Shown: piece after piece, positions 20,821 through 28,596 of the stretch
How the letters are laid out: every line of letters starts with the position of its first letter
How positions within the stretch are numbered: position 1 is the stretch's first letter
Program-made: the position numbers and the translations under genes
Notes under the pieces: model-generated
Database searches by the model: none
Seen by the model: the letters and a program-made list of their open reading frames with translations, nothing else
What the model was told of the DNA's origin: nothing
Source of the DNA: Octopus sinensis
Lineage: Eukaryota
Length of the DNA: 28,596 nt
Reading direction: 5' to 3'
NCBI RefSeq assembly: GCF_006345805.1
Contig: NW_021827535.1
Location: forward strand, 1-28,596

Positions 20821-21749
20821 TTTATTATTATTTTTATTGTTAACATTATCATTACTATTATTATTAACCTCAGTCAATTGAATTTTCGTATTTCACTATA
20901 CAAATATGTGGGAACCTAATATATAAGTATATAATATGGCGAATGCTAATGCGACGTATTTTTCGCCTATCATATGGCATTTAAGCAATGGTGTCGTTTT
21001 AGTGAAAGTATAGTGAACTCTTTGGTATGCTTAAGAGTGATAAAGATTTTTTTCAAGAATATATAAAATAAAGAATGCATAATTTAATGTTGAAGGGTAA
21101 ATTATTGTTTTTCAAATACCAAATATGAATTGCCAGGCTAGTAGAGAATCGACGCTGTTAATTTCTGAAACTAAGTCTACTGGTGTTGTCTAAGTTTAAA
21201 AGAATTTGTTGTTAATCTGATGTCATCTATGTCATTATAATTAACATTCGATTTCGCTGTCATTAAAAAGGTAACAGATTTTTCGGAACAATTACTATTG
21301 ACAGGTGCATGTAGGTGTCAGTCACTAAATGATGAATGGCAGCTACATTTCAGGGTGTTGCCATTTGGGTGCTCATAATTCAGATTATTTATTATATAAA
21401 AATAAGTTAATGGATGATTTAGAATAAGCGAATTATTTTTCTGATGAGAATCTAAAATTCTAATAAATTTGGCTTCAAAATTTTCTGTATATATGTTCGA
21501 GGGCAAGTGCATACTTACAAGATGAAAAAATACTTTTTCAATCAAAGCACTCATAATAATTACAATTAAAAATATTAATCTAAAACATAGAACAAACAAA
21601 CTGATTTAATCCCGACATGTCTTCATAAGCGTTGCTATTTGATATATACTCTGCAAATATTTCACCAATGATATCCACAGATATCACTTCTTGAGAATAA
21701 TACAATAGTGCTAAAGTGAATGCTTTATTTAAGTATATCACACTAATAC

Positions 21750-22175
21750 ACACGCACGGGTTACAAGGACATAAATATATCCAGACTAGTTGTCAAGGGG
21801 TGTTGGGGGACAAACGCAAGCTCAAAGGCACAAACACTACAAACCCATGATAACACACAGACACACACACACACATATACATCAAAATAAGCAACAAGGA
21901 TGACTCCGGTAATTTGGTACGATCGTTTCGTACTACATCATTTTATTAAATATTGTAAGTATTACAACAGTTTTAAAATTGTGAGCACTCATCAGTCAAT
22001 TATAGAGGTTATATATATGTGTGTGTGTACAATAAGCTATCTGCTTATGTCTACCAAATCCACTTACAAAGTTTTGGTCAGCTGGAGCTATAATAGAATA
22101 TATTGTTTCCGTGCAGCAGAATTGAACCCAAGACTACAATGGCTTACAAGCTACCTTCTTAACCACATACCCATA
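21750..22175 (-). mobile_element. Old, decayed SINE family A
   Basis: gttgtcaag...ggggacaaac, then a CA tract, then tctaccaaatccacttacaaagttttggtc...tgaacccaag...aaccacatacccatacc. Confidence 0.65.
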
Positions 22176-23229
22176 CCAATGTATATTTGTGTACGAAAAA
22201 CTTTTTAAGTACACATATAAAAGCTCTCAAATTATTATGTTGGCTACGGCATCTCTCTCTCTTTGTGTCTCTCTCCTTCCCCTCTCTTTCGCTCTCTCTC
22301 TATATAATACATAATATATATATATATATATATAAATAAGAGAATTTTTAATGGAGATAATACTCCGTGTATAGTACAACAGTTTAGTGCTCGTTTATGA
22401 GCTAAGGAGTAATAAAAAATTTTTTGTAGAAGATAAAAATTTCAGTTGTCAGAACTTTACATCCGAAAACGAAATCGAGCTTACAGTCATAAGACTTCGA
22501 TGGGATACATGTTTATATTAAAAATTCAAATAATAAAAGAATAAGAAAAGATAATTAAAAAATGTAATAAAAATAATAAGATATAAAATGTAAATGAATT
22601 AAGATATAAGGACATGAAAAACGTTTTTGCGTGTGTAGATACATGTATTCGAGGGAGAATAGAGTTCAGTAATACGAGATATCATGAAAGCAAAAGTGAG
22701 TTAATATCCATGAAATGTAAAAAAAAAAAAATCAGTTAAAAACTTACGGCCTTTTCAGAAAATATTAAGGGGCTGTAGGAACAGTCCATCGAATAATATT
22801 TCCTTCTTCGGAGTTCACTGTAGGAGTCTTTTTTAAAAGTGCTTATTAACTTTTAAAACACTCCTGAATTTCCAGATTCTTTTCCTTATATTTTTACTCG
22901 TGCGGTTCCCCCAAACTTTACTTTGTGATATATATATATATAACATACATATATACATATATAGGTTTGGTAGCAAAAACAAGAGAACATGTGCATATAT
23001 ATATGCACCGTTAAAAAATTTTTAATCAGCAAAAATTTATAACAGTGACTCTAAAGCCAAGAGTGTCGTGGAGGGCATTATAAAACAGATTGGACTGATA
23101 AGTGTCATGCGCGAAACTCTCGATTTATGAGTCACTTTGGCAAATTTCTACGCTTAGAAAAATAAAAACTTACATAAGAGAAATAGCTAAATTAGCCCTG
23201 TTTACATATCTATTGTACAGGTTACATAT

Positions 23230-23292
23230 ATTAGATGTATATGAGTGAGCAAATATATATACATACATACATATACACACACACACACACAT

Positions 23293-23327
<35 letters not shown>

Positions 23328-23428
23328 CACATGCACACAGACGCATATATATACATGCATACATATATATATATACATATATACATACATATATATATAC
23401 ATACACACACACATATATATATACATAC

Positions 23429-23491
<63 letters not shown>

Positions 23492-23500
23492 CATATATAG
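23230..23500. repeat. (TA)/(CA)/(TACA) microsatellite field
   Basis: Direct reading. Confidence 0.95.
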
Positions 23501-23507
23501 GTACAGA

Positions 23508-23662
23508 CGTGGCTATATGGTAAGAAGCTTGCTTCCCAACCATATTGTTCTGGGTTCAGTGCCATTGCGTGGCACCTTGAGCAAATGGTCTTCTACTATA
23601 GCCTCGGTGCGACCAAAGCCTTGTGAATGGATTTGGTACCCGGAAACTGAAAGAAGCCTATC

Positions 23663-23709
<47 letters not shown>

Positions 23710-23925
23710 TATATCTATCTATATGTGTTTGTGTTTGTCCCCTCCACTTCTTGACAACCGGTGTTGGTGTATTTATGTCCCTGTAACATAGCAGTATGGC
23801 AAAAATATCGATGGAATAAATACCAGGCTTAAAAAAGTACTGGGGTCTATACATTCGACTATAAATTCTTCAGGGCGGTGCCCCAGCATGGCTGCATTTA
23901 ATGGCTGAAAGAAGTAAAAGATAAA
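23508..23925 (+). mobile_element. SINE family A, full length, diverged
   Basis: Head, body, (TA)n core and 3' half ending gtaaaagataaaag. Confidence 0.88.
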
Positions 23926-23927
23926 AG

Positions 23928-23958
<31 letters not shown>

Positions 23959-24039
23959 TAATAAATAAAATAAAGCATATGCATATAAATAAACATATAT
24001 ATACGTACCTACCTCTACATGTACATATACACGCATATA

Positions 24040-24205
24040 TGAGTACAGGACACCAAAAAGACGTCGAACACAATGAGAAACGAAAACATAGACACAAACC
24101 AAAGGAACTGGACATAACAAAAAAATAGAATACAGGACAATTAACACAAAGAAAAAACCCCTTCTTCAGTCGCTAAAGCTTTCATCTACTCTACGTTTCG
24201 AAGGA
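24040..24205 (-). mobile_element. Probable Penelope-like terminal (pLTR) fragment
   Basis: The minus strand carries ccttCGAAACGTA...gcgaCTGAAGAagggg followed by a T-rich tail, motifs typical of PLE termini. Confidence 0.4.
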
Positions 24206-24220
24206 TATGTATATATGTGC

Positions 24221-24251
<31 letters not shown>

Positions 24252-24264
24252 CATGTATGCATAG

Positions 24265-24465
24265 GTTTGTGTGTCTGAGTTTGTCCCCACCACCATCGCA
24301 TGAAAACTGATGCTGGTATGTTTACATCCCCGTAACTTAGTTGTTTAGCAAAAGTGACTGATAGAATAAATACCAGGTTTACAAAGAATTAGTACTGGGG
24401 TCGATTTGTTCGACTAAAGGCAGTGCTTCATTAAGGCTGCAGTCAAATGACTGAAACAAATATAA
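24265..24465 (+). mobile_element. SINE family A 3' half
   Basis: gtttgtccccacc...gtaacttag...gatagaataaatacc...ggggtcgatttgttcgactaaagg...gactgaaac. Confidence 0.85.
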
Positions 24466-25112
24466 GATTATATATATAACGCAAATAACTACAGGCAAAA
24501 AAATTAAATTTTATAATCCCACCATTACTTGTAATATAATTAAAAATAAACATAAAACTAATAACCCATCTACATATAAACAAAGAATTGACAATAATAA
24601 CAACCCCAAGATCATTTCAACTCAAACTAACAGTACCCAATATAGCAATAGAAAAACCCATACTAAATTATCTCATAAATCTAAGATAAATAAAAATAAC
24701 CAATTTACAATGATAATGATTTTCATAATCATAGAAAGATAATTAATAAACATACTGATATGAATAATCAATCAATTACGTCTAATACCAGCACCACTAC
24801 TAATCCATATAATGCTCTGAAGACAATAATATTAAGTCAGATACTAACTTCCTTAACCCTAATAAATTTAAAAGAGATTACAACATACCTATAAATACCT
24901 ACCACCCTGATAAATCTAATAAAATATGGTTAGTTATTCCATATACAATTCAAATTAAAAATAACATTATTAAATCTATATTTAAAGCCATTCGTAAATA
25001 CCTTAACATTGATAATGAAATCATAAACCATAAAACTGTCAAGATTGGTTTTAGCATAATTCCTAACTTACTTACAATTATACTATCAATTAACAAGAAA
25101 TTAAGTAAATTC

Positions 25113-25351
25113 CGTGCGGTATATTTGCCATCTCAATATGGCTAACCACTAAGGGTGGGTGTTACTGTAGCTTGTAGCCCCAGGAGAGCATCGTCTCCAG
25201 CTGGCTATAGGCACCAGCTGGAGGCGGTGCTCTCCTGGGGCTACAAGCTACAGTAACACCCACCCTTAGTGGTTAGCCATATTGATATGGCAAATATACC
25301 TCACATTGTCGTGCAGTTACTGTTTATACCTCGTTCAGAGATTTATTATTG
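25113..25351. mobile_element. Insertion containing a 183-bp palindrome (87-bp arms), flanked by an 11-bp TSD
   Basis: Arms 25118-25204 and 25214-25300 have 3 mismatches and a 9-nt spacer ctataggca. TAAGTAAATTC occurs at 25102-25112 and 25352-25362, and the host reading frame rejoins (NKKLSKF/YTNRN) when the insert is removed. Confidence 0.9.
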
Positions 25352-26490
25352 TAAGTAAATTCTACACCAATAGAAATATCCACAACAATAATTCTACTAA
25401 TTCCCCTAAACTTAAACTATATCTCCTCAATTCCACTAACCCCAATAATCAAGCTCATTTAAATCCCAATAAGGGAACCATAAAAATCCATACAAACACT
25501 ACTAATACAAATTCTTCTAATAGATTCACACATAACAATGTTTATGAAAATTGAGATTGTGGAGTTAAAATTCATTGTAAATTTAAGAATTCATGTAAAA
25601 GAAAAGATGTAGTATATCAATGCACTGTTATAATTCAGGGAAAAAAATTATATCGGCTTGACGGAAAATATGATTAAGATTCGGATGGCTAACCATCTCC
25701 AATCTTTTAAAAATAAACAGTAAACCAACTCCACTGGATTAAGTAAATTTATATGGGAATTAAAAGATAATAAATATTGAATTTGAAACTAAATGGGATA
25801 TCAATGCTTCCGCACCGGGTTTTTTATCACCACATCTAGGAATACCCTACTTAACTTAAGAAATGAGAAAAATATTTCTTGTGTTCATGCGGGAAAATAT
25901 GTATTTTCTGAATTTAAATAATTGACTTATTATCACTCTCACTGGAAAACCTATAATCTCCCTTTTATTCCTTAGCTCCACTAATATAAATTACCCCGCT
26001 AACTCTTACCTAACTATACTACCAGTAGTATTAACATCTACCTTCATTACACCTAAATTTAACATTATTCTACACCTCAATTATATAACGTCCTGTACAC
26101 ACCATTAGTAACCCCCTACCAACATTTGAGCATTCACACTTGGTAACATTTATATCTGTTTGACTATTATTCTCATTCTTACTTTGTATTCATACTCTGA
26201 TTAACATATCTTTAACAAAATATTGATGCTTGTTGTGCACACACACATACATTTCAATTTTTTATATATATGCACATCAATGTGTGTATGTGCGCATTTA
26301 TACATATAAGACTGTGTGAGTGTGTGTAAGTTGCCAGTACATGTGTATATGAGTATATGTATAGATCTACGCATGGGTGTATCTATTTATGTGAATATGT
26401 ACGCTAGCCACTATACCTTTTTCTATTTTTCTATTTTCTATTTTTTTTCTTTCTATTTTCTATTTTCTCTCCCTGTTTATTTCTGTGTTC

Positions 26491-26526
26491 CTTTCTGTCG
26501 AAGAGCGTAGGCTCGAAACGTAAAAG
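26491..26526 (+). ncRNA. Minimal hammerhead-ribozyme-like motif (PLE type) with a non-canonical core
   Basis: cttt-CUGUCGA-a-GAGC-guag-GCUC-GAAA-CG-UA-aaag: stem I cttt/aaag, stem II GAGC/GCUC, loopless palindromic stem III ACGU. Core position 6 is U instead of A. Confidence 0.5.
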
Positions 26527-26606
26527 ACTTTCTCACTTCCAGAGCGTTAAACTAATAAATCAGTTGTTTACACACCCGTTTTCGTCTTTTGTCTTTTTGT
26601 AAATTC

Positions 26607-26629
<23 letters not shown>

Positions 26630-26637
<8 letters not shown>

Positions 26638-27350
26638 GCTATATATGCATATAGATATGTGTGTGTGATTGAGCGTGTATATTTGTACATGTATGTAGAC
26701 ATGAACATATATGTTTTATGTCTATGTATATGTATGTGAGCGCATATTCACATTTACATGCATATTCACAAATGTTTCGAGTAACGCTCTTCTTCAGAAA
26801 GTGTATATGTGTGTATGTATGCATGTATGTGTGTATGTGTATATGTATGTGCATATATGTAGGTGAGTTTATGTATATAAGTACAAGCATGTTCATATAT
26901 ATGGGGGCATGTATCTGCACGTGTATGTTTGTTTATGTATGCGTATATGTATATATGCGTGTATATATGTACATATATGTATGTATGTGCATGTGAATAT
27001 ATATGTGCATATGCGTAGGTGTACATTTGTATAGGTGTGGGAACATTTGTATCTACGTGTATATCTACGCGTATATATACGTATATATGTGTGCGTGCGT
27101 GTGTGTGTGTGTGTGTGTAAATATGCATATGTGCGTGTATGCGTGTATGTATACGTGTTTGTAAATGTAAATGTATGTATGTATATATGAGTGTATATAT
27201 ATATATATATATGTATGTATACATGAACATGCTATTGAAATCAATATCTGACTGTTTATCTACTTATGTATTTTACTTACTTATTTACACTTATGTATGA
27301 GTATATACGTGTATATATACATGTACATGCATGCACTTATATGTAAATTC
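26630..27350. repeat. Degenerate (TA)/(TG)/(TATG) low-complexity field
   Basis: Direct reading. Confidence 0.93.
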
Positions 27351-27597
27351 TCCTATTCGCTTGCCATCTATATAACTCGAAATTACCATAATACTTGCAC
27401 AGCTCTGTGTATAATTCTAATATAGCTGTACATGTCCTTTTTCTAAAATGTCCTTGGTAACCTTTACTAACGTTTGAACTTCCACACTTGACAACATTAA
27501 TAACCGTCTGACTATAATTTAATTATTATTTGATTAGTTTTAATTGTTTTGCATTGGTGACCAAATCTACGTAGATTTGTGAATATAAATATAAATA

Positions 27598-28468
27598 CAG
27601 GGTGTTTCAAAAATTTGATATCATTTTGCAATCTAATAACTTTGTCAGTTCTTGTACAAATGACTTCAAATTTTAACAGCATGTGTAGAAACAGGTCAAA
27701 CTTTTATGCTTAATGTTTGATATGTTTATCTTTTCAGGTATAGAAATGGCATTCACTGGAAGAGAAAATGTGTTTTGTGTGTTGGAGTATGCTCGAACAC
27801 GACTGTGCAGCGTGCGTGAGAGAGTTCTCTAAAAAGTCACCAACGGCAATGCAGATTTGAGCATGGCACAAAACATTCAAACAGGAAAGCTGTCTGTGCA
27901 GGGCAAAAGGATCTGGACGACCACTAACACTGGAAGAGACGGTCGAGCAAGTTCGTCAAAAACTCATGTGAGGCCTCAAGAAGTCCATAAGAAGAACAAG
28001 TCTGGAAACCCAGATTCCTCCAACGACAGTTTGGCACGTCCTGAGGAAATGCTTGCTAAGGAAACCCTACAAGCTGCAGCTCATTCAGGCCATAACAGCT
28101 GATGACAAGAGAAAGCGCAAACATGGGGTTATGTGAAAGGCCTGGTCTATGTTGCCCCTCTTTCTGCAAACCTAGAGGAACTCAAGCAGAAAATCACAAC
28201 AGCACTAGAGACTTACCCAAGACATGCTGCAGCGTGTTTGGGAGGAACTGGACTTTTGATTTGACATGTGCCGTGTCTCAGGCGGTACGCATACCGAACA
28301 TTTGTGAAATCGTTCATGGAATCCATATCCCTTTGAATTTCTCATTCAAATTTGGAGAAGTAAATCTTATGTTGCTCAACATTAAGCCTGTTTAGTTTCA
28401 TTTGCTTTGACCATGTAGTTTCTGTGATGTTTACATCTTAAATGATATCAAATGTTTGAAGCACCCTG
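27598..28468 (+). mobile_element. Internally deleted Tc1/mariner element with intact TIRs and TA TSD (DUF4817-type N-terminus)
   Basis: TA|cagggtgtttcaaaaatttgatatcattt ... aaatgatatcaaatgtttgaagcaccctg|TA, 2 mismatches. ATG at 27746: MAFTGRENVFCVLEYART...KGSGRP...VEQVRQ...KSIRRTSLETQIPPTTVWHVLRKCL..KPYKLQLIQAITADDKRKRK. This is joined at about 28123 to WGYVKGLVYV...LEELKQKI...QDMLQRVWEELD...CRVSGGTHTEHL* (stop 28305-28307). Confidence 0.95.
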
Positions 28469-28596
28469 TATATGTATACTGGTTGAAAACTTACACAATT
28501 CACTTCCCTCTTACATATTTTTCAAATATAAGAACAAAAGGAACAAAATTAGACATGCATAATTGCGTATGTAAGTATGTGTGTGAGGTATATACA

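Larger units (their letters stand above)
24480..26612 (+). mobile_element. Decayed Penelope-like element: linker, GIY-YIG endonuclease remnant, 3' region and pLTR
   Basis: About 25590-25810 reads CKRKDVVYQC...YIGLTENMIKIRMANHLQSFKNKQ*TNSTGLSKFIWELKD...KWDI, the PLE GIY-YIG signature. An open linker KIWLVIPY...KIGFSIIPNL lies upstream and a hammerhead-like terminal motif at 26491-26526. Boundaries are approximate. Confidence 0.8.

Noticed and set aside
22822-22865. Imperfect AT-rich hairpin aggagt..aaaagt / actttt..actcct
   Set aside because: Too short and AT-rich for a pre-miRNA; plausible by chance.

Overview
AT-rich, repeat-saturated eukaryotic non-coding DNA, either intergenic or a large intron. 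The repeat families resemble those I associate with octopus/coleoid cephalopod genomes; this is recognition from memory, not a database result. No intact protein-coding gene is supported, and most ORF-track entries are translations of microsatellites. The window holds three tRNA-derived SINE families (called A, B and C here). Family B forms head-plus-n-unit concatemers. Decayed elements include three Tc1/mariner relics, a hAT (Buster/Charlie-type) fragment, an R4/Dong-type RLE LINE 3' end inserted in a (TATG)n tract, a Penelope-like element with a GIY-YIG remnant and a hammerhead-like motif, a Helentron-type HINE and a (TAA)n-flanked element. Structures these features do not explain: an array of structure-conserved hairpins at 10169-10392, a 183-bp near-perfect palindrome inside an 11-bp TSD, an 813-bp tandem duplication, and candidate microexons near 12.4-12.6 kb.
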